A DNA stretch of 64,000 nucleotides, taken from assembly GCA_002269645.1 (NCBI GenBank), contig NIVC01001837.1, positions 1 through 64,000 on the forward strand, in the 5' to 3' direction. Every line of letters starts with the position of its first letter. The first letter of the stretch is position 1. This DNA comes from Macrostomum lignano. Lineage: Eukaryota. Positions 22,672-48,389 of the stretch are shown here, one piece after another. The notes under the pieces are model-generated. The model searched no databases. It saw only the letters and a list, made by a program, of their open reading frames with translations, and was not told the origin of the DNA. Made by a program: the position numbers and the translations under genes.

Positions 22672-24470
22672 AATCACTCCTGATTTACCCCTGAGAATCA
22701 CTCCTGATTTACCCCTGAGAATCACTCCTGATTTACCCCTGAGAATCACTCCTGATTTACCCCTGAGAATCACTCCTGATTTACCCCTGAGAATCACTCC
22801 TGATTTACCCCTGAGAATCACTTCTGATTTACCCCTGAGAATCACTCCTGATTTACCCCTGAGAATCACTCCTGATTTACCCCTGAGAATCACTCCTGAT
22901 TTACCCCTGAGAATCACTCCTGATTTACCCCTGAGAATCACTCCTCATTTACCCCTGAGAATCACTCCTCATTTACCCCTGAGAATCACTCCTGATTTAC
23001 CCCTGAGAATCACTCCTGATTTACCCCTGAGAATCACTTCTGATTTACCCCTGAGAATCACTCCTGATTTACCCCTGAGAATCACTTCTGATTTACCCCT
23101 GAGAATCACTCCTGATTTACCCCTGAGAATCACTTCTGATTTACCCCTGAGAATCACTCCTGATTTACCCCTGAGAATCACTTCTGATTTACCCCTGAGA
23201 ATCACTCCTGATTTACCCCTGAGAATCACTCCTGATTTACCCCTGAGAATCACTCCTGATTTACCCCTGAGAATCACTCCTGATCCACCCCTGAGAATCA
23301 CTCCTGATTTACCCCTGAGAATCACTCCTGATTTACCCCTGAGAATCACTCCTGATTTACCCCTGAGAATCACTTCTGATTTACCCCTGAGAATCACTCC
23401 TCATTTACCCCTGAGAATCACTCCTCATTTACCCCTGAGAATCACTCCTGATTTACCCCTGAGAATCACTCCTGATTTACCCCTGAGAATCACTCCTGAT
23501 TTACCCCTGAGAATCACTCCTGATTTACCCCTGAGAATCACTCCTGATTTACCCCTGAGAATCACTCCTGATTTACCCCTGAGAATCACTCCTGATTTAC
23601 CCCTGAGAATCACTCCTGATCCACCCCTGAGAATCACTCCTGATCCATCCTTGAGAATCACTTCTGATTTACCCCTGAGAATCACTCCTGATCCACCCCT
23701 GAGAATCACTCCTGATTTACCCCTGAGAATCACTCCTGATTTACCCCTGAGAATCACTCCTGATTTACCCCTGAGAATCACTCCTGATCCATCCCTGAGA
23801 ATCACTTCTGATTTACCCCTGAGAATCACTCCTGATCCACCCCTGAGAATCACTCCTGATTTACCCCTGAGAATCACTCCTGATCCACCCCTGAGAATCA
23901 CTCCTGATCCATCCTTGAGAATCACTTCTGATTTACCCCTGAGAATCACTCCTGATCCACCCCTGAGAATCACTCCTGATCCATCCCTGAGAATCACTCC
24001 TGATTTACCCCTGAGAATTACTCCCAATCCACCCCTGAGAATCACTCCTGATTTACCCCTGAGAATCACTCCCAATCCACCCCTGAGAATCACTCCGATC
24101 CAACCCCTGAGAATTACTCCCAATCCACCCCTGAGAATCACTCCTGATTTACCCCTGAGAATCACTCCCAATCCACCCCTGAGAATCACTCCGATCCAAC
24201 CCCTGAGAATCACTCCTGATTAACCCCTGAGAATCACTCCTGATCCACTCCTGAGAATCACTCCTGATCCACTCCTGAGAATCACTCCGATCCAACCCCT
24301 GAGAATCACTCCGATCCAACCCCTGAGAATCACTCCTGATCCACTCCTGAGAATCACTCCTGATCCACTCCTGAGAATCACTCCTGATCCACTCCTGAGA
24401 ATCACTCCGATCCAACCCCTGAGAATCACTCCTGATCCACTCCTGAGAATCACTCCTGACCCCCTGAGAA
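22672..24470. repeat. 24-bp minisatellite (AATCACTCCTGATTTACCCCTGAG)
   Basis: About 75 units; homogeneous on the left, increasingly variant on the right. Confidence 0.98.
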
Positions 24471-24944
24471 TTTGCTGAAGGCAAGTACAAATAAATTCAT
24501 GCATATTACTTCAGGTAGACTACGCGAATTTAAATATTTTACTTGTTCATTCTTCAACTTTTGAATCAGTATTGAAATCGGCCCAACAAACTACCATTCA
24601 CTTATAATGCTACCTATTCTGAGTAGTTTATGGATGGCTCAGTAACTCAACGCTCCCGCAAATTTCCTGTTGACCTTCTCATTCTTCTCATTAAGTTCAC
24701 AAAATTTATGGCTAATATTGGTTAAGCCAAAAGTTAAGCTGAAAGACTCTGAAAAGATGATTTTACTCGAGTAGCCTCAGACGCGATGCTTTGAAGTGGA
24801 CGGTGGAACTGCGGTATGCATTGTGCTTCTGTGCATCTTCTTTCTTGGTGCTTAGTAAATAATTTAGGTACAGATATGGGTGCATTACTATAGTGTGGCT
24901 GTCTCAGCAAAGCGACGGCTAAAAGATGTGCTTGTCTAGCAGCG

Positions 24945-25670
24945 CCAGCCTCCCAGATCCTCAGTTGCTGGGCCACCCTCGCAGATCCTCAGTTGCTGGG
25001 CCAGCCTCCCAGATCCTCAGTTGCTGGGCCAGCCGCCCAGATCCTCAGCTGCTGGGCCAGCCGCCCAGATCCTCAGCTGCTGGGCCAGCCGCCCAGATCC
25101 TCAGCTGCTGGGCCAGCCTCCCAGATCCTCAGTTGCTGGGCCAGCCTCCCAGATCCTCAGCTGCTGGGCCAGCCTCCCAGATCCTCAGCTGCTGGGCCAG
25201 CCTCCCAGATCCTCAGCTGCTGGGCCAGCCTCCCAGATCCTCAGTTGCTGGGCCACCCTCGCAGATCCTCAGTTGCTGGGCTTCCAGCCTCCCAGATCCT
25301 CAGTTGCTGTGCCAGCCTCCCAGATCCTCAGTTGCTGGGCCATGCAGCCTCCCAGATCCTCAGTTGCTGGGCCAGCATCCGAGATCCTCAGTTGCTGGGC
25401 TTCCAGCCTCCCAGATCCTCAGTTGCTGTGCCAGCCTCCCAGATCCTCAGTTGCTGGGCCATGCAGCCTCCCAGATCCTCAGTTGCTGGGCCAACATCCG
25501 AGATCCTCAGTTGCTGGGCTTCCAGCCTCCTAGATCCTCAGTTGCTGTGCCAGCCTCCCAGATCCTCAGTTGCTGGGCCATGCAGCCTCCCAGATCCTCA
25601 GTTGCTGGGCTGCCACCCTTTCAGATCCTCGGTTGCTGGGCCACCGCCACCACCCTTTCAGATCCTCAGC
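24945..25670. repeat. ~28-31 bp minisatellite (CCAGCCTCCCAGATCCTCAGTTGCTGGG)
   Basis: About 24 tandem units with length variants. Confidence 0.95.
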
Positions 25671-26284
25671 GCCCATTCATATCAGCGCCTTCGGCAATAT
25701 CGTTGCACAAACAGTGCTGAGACAACTCTACTTATTCCACTGACTCCTGAACATCGACCCCGGCTCTCTAATCGTTAGGCATGTACACTACTCTGGTTAG
25801 GATTAAGGTCAGCACATACCCCGATGACTTCTCCGATACAAATATGAAGAATAAATTTATGACCAGCATCGAAGCTGCCATCAATGCATAATAAAACAAA
25901 TTCAAAGCCGCGCACGAAATCCCAATCTATGACCTCTAGCAGCGCTGCAGCAGTTCCCGAATGTACACACCGATTGCATTATACGATCGCCGCGGATTAT
26001 CTTTATATCCGCCTGAACTGCATCGATGTTGCGAAGCCGCAAAACCTGCTGCTGCTGCTGATTTAATCAGATTTCGTTCGCCCCCGCCACACCGCCGCCT
26101 CGCCCTCGCGTCCCTGTCCCAAAAGTTGAAAGTCTCCCCCCTTCCCGGTCGCCGAGACATCTGCATGCGACTGGAGCCCGGAGCGTGTTAAACTATGGCG
26201 CTGCCCGCCACTCCCGGCTCAGCACTAATATAGCCTACAGCCAGTATATTCCTGTTGTAGGTATTTTTTTTTATTTGAGGCAGG

Positions 26285-26624
26285 GGGTTTGTGTGCACCC
26301 TGGCGCACTTTAAGCGACATTGGCACACAACCGGCGAGAGGCATTACTGCCCATTCCGCCGACTCCCCTGAGCAGGCACACAAGCGCGCGGATACGTACG
26401 CAGGCACACACTCACACAGGAGTGTACAGCGGCCCTAACTTTATATTATCGTTAGGCATGTACACTTCACTGCGCCTTGGGGGGTTGGCTCTCAAGGCCG
26501 TTAATTGCACGAGCAGAGCCAAGCCGAGATTCCAATTCAGCCCCAAATTAATGTGACTGCACTTGGAATCGAGCCTGGGTCGCTGGCACACCAGAGCCTG
26601 CGCTACCGCTGGGCTATGGCCCCC
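26285..26624 (-). mobile_element. tRNA-derived SINE, family 2
   Basis: Minus-strand head GGGGCCATAGCCCAGCGG (A box) ... GGCTCGATTCC (B box-like); body recurs at ~35250-35540 and ~59641-59998, with a fragment near 17955-18010. Confidence 0.75.
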
Positions 26625-29600
26625 TGTTGTAGGTATGGTCCGGGACTTAGCTACCCACTGCCCCCCCCCCCGCTGAACAAGTTGAGAAGGCGCGAGAGAA
26701 GGCGAAGAGGCAGTGTCTGGGATTGTTGGCTGCAGTTTACAGTGATTTACGACAGATGCAAATGGAACTGTGCTCTCGATAGTAACTCCTCTAGGATTAT
26801 CTGCTTCTTTTTTACTTGATTTGCTTTGGCAATCAACTCAGGGAGGGGCAGAGCCGATCTCCACCCACTCTGCGTGCTCAGGAGTTTGCGGAATGGGCAG
26901 ATTTGCATCGCGCCAATGGTGCCCGCCTGCGAATGTGTGTATATTTTTGGTAGCCAACATTCAGAGCCCCTTCCTCGCTTCTCACGGACACTGTAGCTCT
27001 CTACTCTGCTAGCAGTGCTCAATTACGGCAGCAAGAGATGTGAAACAGCTGGAAGAAGGTTTTCTGGAGTGGAAGGGCAAGAAGGAATAGATGGAGGGTG
27101 AGCCACTCGCGCAACAGCTGTGCCCCCCCCCTTGCTCATGAAAGGCCGTTTCTTCGATGCCCCCCCCCAGCCTGGCGGAGCAGCACTTGTCGAGCTGCCA
27201 GACCGACAGCTCGCCTACAATATTTCAGCCCCTCGCCCGGCCCCCTTTCCTCTTGCTGGTAGGCTGGGAGCAATAATCGAATTAGTTGCCGAGCAGTAAA
27301 ACACCATGGGGTCTTCCCCCTCCTCCCGAACCGCAGCCGGGGGGGGGGGGGGCAAACAGGGCCCATAGCAACCGGACTGTTCCCATAGGGCTACTGCTCC
27401 AGGCATTAGCCTCGAAATGTTGCCGGCAGCTCAGCTAATCGAATGAGCAACTATCCGAGCTGGCTGCGTGCCATGGAGAGCTGAGCTAAAAATGCACAAC
27501 GCCAGGCAATCGCTACCTTTTGCCATGTCTAGCGCTTCAAAACTGGCAATGGGGCCTTAGAGATTTGCAGAGCCTTCAAAGCTTCGGCTCTGCATGGGCA
27601 GTTAAGAGTTGCTGTAAACAGTTGCTGATGAGAAAACTTAACGAGAAGAATCGATCGAATCGATTAGATTTCTGCAACTGGGATGGAGAGCAGTTAAGGT
27701 TAGGCCAATGTAAGGGAAGTCAGTGTATTGCTGCAGTATCTGTGACACCATTACAATAAGGCTTTAGCGATAAAATTTCCCTTGCAATATCGCAATAATT
27801 TTTGGTACTAACAGCCTTACCTACTTGGTTTACTGGAAAGGAACTGGAAAGGCACTGATGCCGCTCCCTGATTGGTCCGTTGTGAGAGTGACCTGTCTGA
27901 TTGGAAGGGGAACATTGAAATTCGGTTTCAACAGCTATAAGATGGACACGGAGACTGGCCTGGCCACTTGTCCAATAAGTAGAAAATAGAAATAAAGTTC
28001 GCTGACTCTTTAGCAGAAATTTGAGTCGAAGTCTTCTATATCAACCGATCGAGTTAAACAGGTGAGACTTGAATTTAATCATTGATAATGCCCTGGGGAG
28101 GGTGACAATGACTGCGAGCCGGACAAATTGCAGGGGGTCAAACACTGCGATTTGGATCCTGGACCTGAGCCAGACCTGCCTCAACTGGTCAGGTTCTGCA
28201 TCAAAGGTTTGCAGACAAGCCGAAATATAGTTAATAGCAAATGCAACAACGGGCTGCTTACCGCCAGCAAAACAAATCAATTCTTATTTTTTAGTGGAAT
28301 TTTCTCCAATAGGCACTTGTCATGGACATGCATATCGCATTTGGAGTAGAACTGCCTGGAGCTCTTGTCTGAGCCTCCGCTCAGTCGCTCCTGCTGGAGC
28401 AGCCATGCAGCTGTCATTCAGGGCTAGATCAGTCTTCTGCTCCTTCCTGTGAGCTCTGAGCTCCCCCAGACAGGTATTGAAAACTGCTCAGGCTGCATTT
28501 ACTCAATATAAGCAGTAGCTCGCGTGCTCAGCAAATTTCTGGGTCACGCAACCGCTGACAGGCACTCTGACGGGCGCTCCTGTCCCAGGCCCTGGAAGAG
28601 CTGCAGCTGGCACGGTTTGTTAAGACCGGATTGTGCAAGCATTTTGCAGAGAGTAAAAATCCATTTCCCACAGTCTGGGTCTGGGAGGGGGGGTGCAGTT
28701 TCTGGGAAAGAAACCGGAGCCAAGAGAGAGAGTGGCAGCAGCTAATTCCTGTAAACTCAAGGCTGAGCATTAGGAGATACGAAATTTGCCAAAGGCATTT
28801 TGAGTATCTGCTCGTCAAGCTCCCGGATCAATGCCTCAATGTTTCATCTGGCATCGGTGCTAGAACACAGACAAATTTTTAACACCAACCAACTTAAGGT
28901 GCCGCTGATGCGTCTAACGCAATGGATAAAATGTCGCTCCATCTGTTAGATCGATTGAATTGATTCAAGCCATTGAAGCATGACTGAATCCACCCAGCCA
29001 CGGCTGTTCATTTAGTTTCAAGAGTCTGGGAGGGTATGGACCTGTTGCTTTGGGGACACTGCACAGACTGAGAGCGAGTACTCTCACAGCCACTGACCTG
29101 AGCAGCCTGGCTATCGATCCGTCTCTTGTACTCCACTAGAGAGCGGCTTTGTTTGAGCAGCCAGTACTTTGACTGCCGCATCCCACAGGTTGAGTTCTCC
29201 AGCCTCCCTTATTGTCCGTTGCTATCAACGAGAGAGCCTCATCTACTACATGTAACTATTCAGAATTCGTGTTTTGATGTTCAGACGACTGGAGTCCACC
29301 CTATACCTGCCGTTCCCTTCCTCTCCGCAACCAGCTATTTATGGCTAGCGAAATTCTACTCGCAATCTCTCATATCCCATGCTAATTTCCCATTTTCACG
29401 CACCAGCTTCACCCGAGAGTCGGGAAGAACGGGTGCACTTCTTCAGTCAACAACTTTCGACAAGAGGAATCCTTAAAAGCGAGGCAGTTCGTGCCTACTT
29501 ATTCAAATTACAAGGGCGCGCTTCTTTTTGCAAAAAACATTATTCCACTTTTTCATATTTCATACCAAATCTTATTTTATATAAGCAGTTGCTTGACAGA

Positions 29601-29754
29601 ACTGGGCTTGTGTAAGACCCAATTAGCAATGCGCACCTAATTATAGACGTAGTTTTTTAAGCCTTTCCCAAAAAAGAAACTTGCTGTATTGATTTACTAT
29701 GCAAACTTTTTATAGCCGTGACTACACGGCCTCTGATTGCTGACTCTGATGTTC

Positions 29755-30060
29755 GTTTGACTGCTGTTCACCTGTGCTATCTGACTGCTGTTCACCTGTG
29801 CTATCTGACTGCTCTTCACCTGTGCTATCTGACTGCTCTTCACCTGTGCTATTTGACTGCTGTTCACCTGTGCTATCTGACTGCTGTTCACCTGTGCTAT
29901 CTGACTGCTGTTCACCTGTGCTATCTGACTGCTGTTCACCTGTGCTATCTGACTGCTGTTCACCTGTGCTATCTGACTGCTGTTCACCTGTGCTATCTGA
30001 CTGCTGTTCACCTGTGCTATTTGACTGCTGTTCACCTGTGCTATTTGACTGCTGTTCCCC
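29755..30060. repeat. 24-bp minisatellite (TGACTGCTGTTCACCTGTGCTATC)
   Basis: About 12.5 tandem units. Confidence 0.95.
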
Positions 30061-30061
30061 T

Positions 30062-30568
30062 GTCCCAAACCTGACCGCAATTCACCCCATACCTGACCGC
30101 AATTCACCCCATACCTGACCGCAATTCACCCCATACCTGACCGCAATTCACCCCATACCTGACCGCAATTCACCCCATACCTGACCGCAATTCACCTGTC
30201 CCATACCTGACCGCAATTCACCTGTCCCATACCTGACCGCAATTCACCTGTCCCATACCTGACCGCAATTCACCTGTCCCAAACCTGACCGCAATTCACC
30301 CCATACCTGACCGCAATTCACCCCATACCTGACCGCAATTCACCCCATACCTGACCGCAATTCACCCCATACCTGACCGCAATTCACCCCATACCTGACC
30401 GCAATTCACCCCATACCTGACCGCAATTCACCTGTCCCATACCTGACCGCAATTCACCTGTCCCATACCTGACCGCAATTCACCTGTCCCATACCTGACC
30501 GCAATTCACCTGTCCCATACCTGACCGCAATTCACCTGTCCCATACCTGACCGCAATTCACCTGTCCC
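30062..30568. repeat. 22/25-bp minisatellite (ACCTGACCGCAATTCACC[TGT]CCCAT-like)
   Basis: About 22 units of two length classes, directly abutting the previous array. Confidence 0.95.
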
Positions 30569-31644
30569 TTTGACTGTCATTTCCTGTCGCTCTTTAATCG
30601 TTTCAGTAATTGTTCAGGTTTCCACTTTGCTCTCAGATTTGCTTTCTCACCTGCAACTGCATGCCACCCTTCACAGCCCGGCTCAGTGTGCTCAGGTCTC
30701 GAGCCGGCGTCAAGTCCCAATTTTCGCAAATCCCTTTTCTTGTGTCCCTCTCTCTTACCTGTCCTGGTAAACGACTTCCAGTCTCTTAACGCATGCTTCA
30801 TCAACCGCCGATCGGCCCATCATGAACAGCTTCCCCAAGCCTCATCAACTTAGTCTACTGAGACTCACGCTGCCCGTGTCTGACCTTCATTTGTCTGCAC
30901 CAATTCACCAGCACGGAATTTATAACCCTTCTCTCCTGACGGTCAGCTGACCCCCTTGACCCCCCAGCCATGGACCCCCTAAGCTTTTCCTTGCCTGTGC
31001 ACCCAAAACAAATGTATAGCAAACATACTTTGGGTCTCGAACTTGGGACCTCTCTGAAGCAAGGAAAGCAACTTAACCGCCAGAGGATGAAAGTCTTGAG
31101 ACATCCTGAGCTAAAATTGGCACAATGGACCAGGAGCCCAGGTCCATAGTCCGCATCCAGGAAGCTGCTGAGGCCCCATTTTAAGCAGCGAGTTTCAATG
31201 CCCATTGTGCCGCAGCCGCAGCACTGGGGAAGTGAAATTTCTGGGCTCTGATGGAGCAGCGAGATTACACTGCACACGCAGCCATGTCCGGCTCCCCAGT
31301 CAATCATTTTCCGTCATCGTTCATGCGCCGTTTTTCAAAAAAATTCCAACCAGATCTTATTAGCATTTTTCATCGGCTCATCCATCAGCTCCAGGTGCTT
31401 ATCGATCATCTCAGCTTTGAAAAGCTGAACAACAGAGAAAGTCAAGACAAGCTTTGCTCAAAATATTTGCTGGCCACGATAGAATGCTCGCAAGTCGCTA
31501 CTTTGAGTACGAAAGCTCTCAAGCATCCGGATTTGTTGTTTCTAGAAAATTATTTGGTCGTAAATTATTGCGCAGCCAAGGTGGATCTATTCTAAAGGGG
31601 TAGCGCGGTAGAAATACAGGAAGACGAGGTTGCAACCCCCTTCA

Positions 31645-32910
31645 AGCTGTACACAGCCACCTACAGTGCCAGCAGTGTACCAGCTGTACACAGCCCCTAC
31701 AGTGCCAGCAGTGTACCAGCTGTACACAGCCCCTACAGTGCCAGCAGTGTACCAGCTGTACACAGCCCCTACAGTGCCAGAAGTGTACCAGCTGTACACA
31801 GCCCCCTACAGTGCCAGAAGTGTACCAGCTGTACACAGCCCCTACAGTGCCAGCAGTGTACCAGCTGTACACAGCCCCTACAGTGCCAGCAGTGTACAGC
31901 TGTACACAGCCCCTACAGTGCCAGAAGTGTACCAGCTGTACACAGCCCCTACAGTGCCAGAAGTGTAACAGCTGTACACAGCCCCCTACAGTGCCAGCAG
32001 TGTACCAGCTGTACACAGCCCCCTACAGTGCCAGCAGTGTACCAGCTGTACACAGCCCCTACAGTGCCAGCAGTGTACCAGCTGTACACAGCCCCTACAG
32101 TGCCAGCAGTGTACAGCTATACACAGCCCCCTACAGTGCCAGATGTGTACCAGCTGTACACAGCCCCTACAGTGCCAGAAGTGTAACAGCTGTACACAGC
32201 CCCTACAGTGCCAGCAGTGTACCAGCTGTACACAGCCCCTACAGTGCCAGAAGTGTAACAGCTGTACACAGCCCCTACAGTGCCAGAAGTGTAACAGCTG
32301 TACACAGCCCCCTACAGTGCCAGAAGTGTACCAGCTGTACACAGCCCCTACAGTGCCAGAAGTGTAACAGCTGTACACAGCCCCCTACAGTGCCAGCAGT
32401 GTACCAGCTGTACACAGCCCCCTACAGTGCCAGCAGTGTACCAGCTGTACACAGCCCCCTACAGTGCCAGCAGTGTACCAGCTGTACACAGCCCCTACAG
32501 TGCCAGCAGTGTACAGCTATACACAGCCCCCTACAGTGCCAGATGTGTACCAGCTGTACACAGCCCCTACAGTGCCAGAAGTGTAACAGCTGTACACAGC
32601 CCCTACAGTGCCAGCAGTGTACCAGCTGTACACAGCCCCTACAGTGCCAGAAGTGTAACAGCTGTACACAGCCCCTACAGTGCCAGAAGTGTAACAGCTG
32701 TACACAGCCCCCTACAGTGCCAGCAGTGTACCAGCTGTACACAGCCCCTACAGTGCCAGAAGTGTACCAGCTGTACACAGCCCCCTACAGTGCCAGCAGT
32801 GTACCAGCTGTACACAGCCCCCTACAGTGCCAGAAGGGTACCAGCTGTACACAGCCCGCCCCCTACAGTGCCAGCAGTGTACCAGCTGTACACAGCCCCC
32901 TACAGTGCCA
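31645..32910. repeat. 36-37 bp minisatellite (CCCCTACAGTGCCAGCAGTGTACCAGCTGTACACAG)
   Basis: About 35 units. Confidence 0.97.
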
Positions 32911-33482
32911 GAAGGGTATCGGCTGTGCCGCTGGCTGCCTCACCTGAGGCGCATCCAGCAGGAGGTTCAGGCTAGGCGTAAGAACCATTTCGCCACCGAG
33001 CTCCCATGGGGTAAGAGATAGCGACTGCAGGCTGTATTTATTCGCGAGAAAAGCTGATGAGTCCAACCAAAAGCAAGACGAGAAGATGCAGGCTTGAAAG
33101 GCATGTGCCATAGTCAAGACAGATGAGCCGCGATAAATGAGCCGGTCGGGAGTTCTGCAGCCGATCCGTCAGCGAGTCAATCATTGCGGCTGTCACCCCG
33201 GCTGCACCGTTTGATTGGTTGGTGAAACTTCCCACCAACCGGGATTTCCCCCATTCCATCAGAGACTTGAATTGGCCCAGGCTAACAAATCTGGCGGCTT
33301 GGGTCAGCTGGCCAGACAGCTCTCTGTTGTCGGCTCCCTCTGTCGGTTTGCCTGCTCACATGAAGCGGCTACTCCACCCAGAGCACTGCTCTCCCGATCT
33401 GAGCCGCCTGGACCACTGCTGGCCCTCCGCTTCAGCTGGCATGCGCTCCGGTTTCGCTTGCAGGCGCTCAGCCGGAGCCAGG

Positions 33483-44596
<11,114 letters not shown>

Positions 44597-45295
44597 CAGC
44601 TCAAGAGATTCCAATGCACTGGTGTCCGGAACCCTGAAATTTCACTGCTTTTGTGTTACTGAAGCAAAGCTTAAACTTCTATACTAAATTAGCAATGGTA
44701 ATTCGATAATTCTACTGTAATGCCTCCGTGATTTCTTTGTGCTTCTGTGATTTACATACTTCTACTAAATGCATGGAATGACTTTTCCGGCAAACCGGCG
44801 TATTGATCAAAGTCCTTACGCCTGTAAACTATGCAATGTGAATTATGTCAATCAACACTCTTGAATATTGAGCTTATTGCGATTTAAGTTTGCAGAGCAA
44901 CACGCACGCACACACACACATCCGTACTACGATAAAGTACATTTACTACAAAGTACATTTACTGTAAAGTATACATTCACTGTAAAGTAAATTTACTGTT
45001 AAGTACATTCACTAAAAAGTACATTTACTGTAGCTTGTATATCGAGACGGTGCGGGATAATTGTGTTCAAATATTTTATTTATTCAACGTCACGACCAAA
45101 ATAATAGAAGAGAAAAAGTGTTCTGTGAGCCTATTTTGCTATTTGTGTAGTGCGTAGTGTCAAAAAGAAAACTATCTTTTTTCGGTCAAATTTCTTAATC
45201 AAGATTGAAGTATTTCTAGTAAGTTCTGTACACACTTGGCCCGCTTCTCAGTCAAACAAAAGAACCAATGGCAGTTTGCTATATAATAAGCTCTC

Positions 45296-46797
<1,502 letters not shown>

Positions 46798-47614
46798 GCC
46801 GATTAAGTCTTTGGACAGGATTTCTTTCAGCTGAAAGCAGCTCTAAAAGCTCCTAAGACAAGGCAGACGCGCTCTAAGGCTGCATGAGTTGTAGATGTCA
46901 TGAGTGGAATTGCGCTTTAGTTTGCACAGGTCGGTAGCAAGCTCATTACCGCCCACCAGATCGTGTGCTGCAAGTCGCCTCCTCTTGCCCCCGCTCTCTA
47001 CCCCCCTCCCACTCATTATGAGCTCGCCGCGTGTTTGCGTCTGTCAAACTTTCGCTTTCACTTCTCTCTCCCTTCTGGCCTGGCCAGCACACGCTGGTGC
47101 CTCCCATATGTGCCAGCAACTGCTGCCTGTGGAGAGTGCTGCCCTACCAAATACAAGGCCCTTCAAACTGTATAAGTGTAAGACTCTCTCTTAAACTGCC
47201 GCAACCTGTCGCTCGATGCAAGGCATGAACAGCACGGCAATTATCTGTACGCTTCAGTAGGCCCCCGAGTCTTGCATTGAAAGCTTGGCCATGGACAACT
47301 ACCAGTAGCAGGACGCTACGCTACACTTCATTTCTTAGAAATCAGCCGCATAGATCAGATTTTTCTTTGCCGAATTCGTCTATGGCAAAACCCCATTCAG
47401 CGCTGTGCATTATCTAGCAGAGAATTCAGAACTGATCAGCTGTCTATGGCTTGGACCCAGCTGGAGAATAAGTGCAAATCTACATGTACATGTAAGCTTA
47501 TTCTGTATAATATAGAGAAAGTTGATAATTTTCATTCTCGGCTACTTTCAGTAGTACTACATGGGCAGTCATTTATTTACAGAAGACAAAAGCATGTGTA
47601 ACATTCAACTAAAT

Positions 47615-48172
47615 CAAGGGGTCGGCAAAATCCGCCACATACGTTCCCCGAAGCGAACCCTCTGTATACAGCCCTGCCGCCCCTTTACATCTTCACAATG
47701 GAATCCGGACAGCTCGGGCTCGCCCCCCCCCACCTCTCTTTTCTTTCTTTTCGGCTCTCTCTTCTCCTCTTCACTCTCCTCTTCTCTCTTCTCTTCTCTT
47801 TTACCTCCTATATTCTCTATTCTCTTTTATCTCCTTCTCTCTTCTCTCCTCTCTCCCTCTTCTCTCTTCCCTCTTCTCTCCTATCTCTCTTCTCTCTTCT
47901 CTTTTCTTTACTCTCTCCCCCTCTTTTCTCTACTCTTATCTACTCTAATCTCATCTTTTTCATTTCTTTCCCCCATTCTCTAATCTCTTATCCTAATCTC
48001 ATCTCCTCTCTATTCTTTCCTCTTATCTCTCACCTCTCGCCCTCTCCTCTTTCCTCTCATCACTCCTCTGTTCTTTCCACTTCTCTCTCCTCTATTCCCT
48101 CTCATTTCCTTTCACCTGGCCCGCAGCCACAAGCTGGATTTGGCCTTTAGTAAAAGAGTTTGCCGATCCCTA
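47615..48172. mobile_element. Probable hAT-type MITE enclosing a CT-rich tract
   Basis: Inverted ends AGGGGTCGGCAAA ... TTTGCCGATCCCT; flanks AACTAAAT / AACAAAAT (7/8 match); pyrimidine tract at ~47735-48110. Confidence 0.6.
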
Positions 48173-48389
48173 AACAAAATAGTGTTGCCTCGGGTCTATA
48201 ATCTAAATTGGCCTCTCAAATTGACTATCAGACAAGCGGATTTTTCCTTCAGCTGGCATGCTGCCAATGCCATTTCTTTCTGTGAATAACCTAGTTACTA
48301 CAAAACATGTATCGAATGATCACCCATATAGTAAATGTCTACAATGCAAGACTATTAAATTTTATATTAGTATAAATTACATTTGCGGA

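Noticed and set aside
33020-33095. Hammerhead-ribozyme-like core CTGATGA-GTC...GAC-GAGA
   Set aside because: GAAA is replaced by GAGA, and stems I/III cannot be paired with a proper NUH site.
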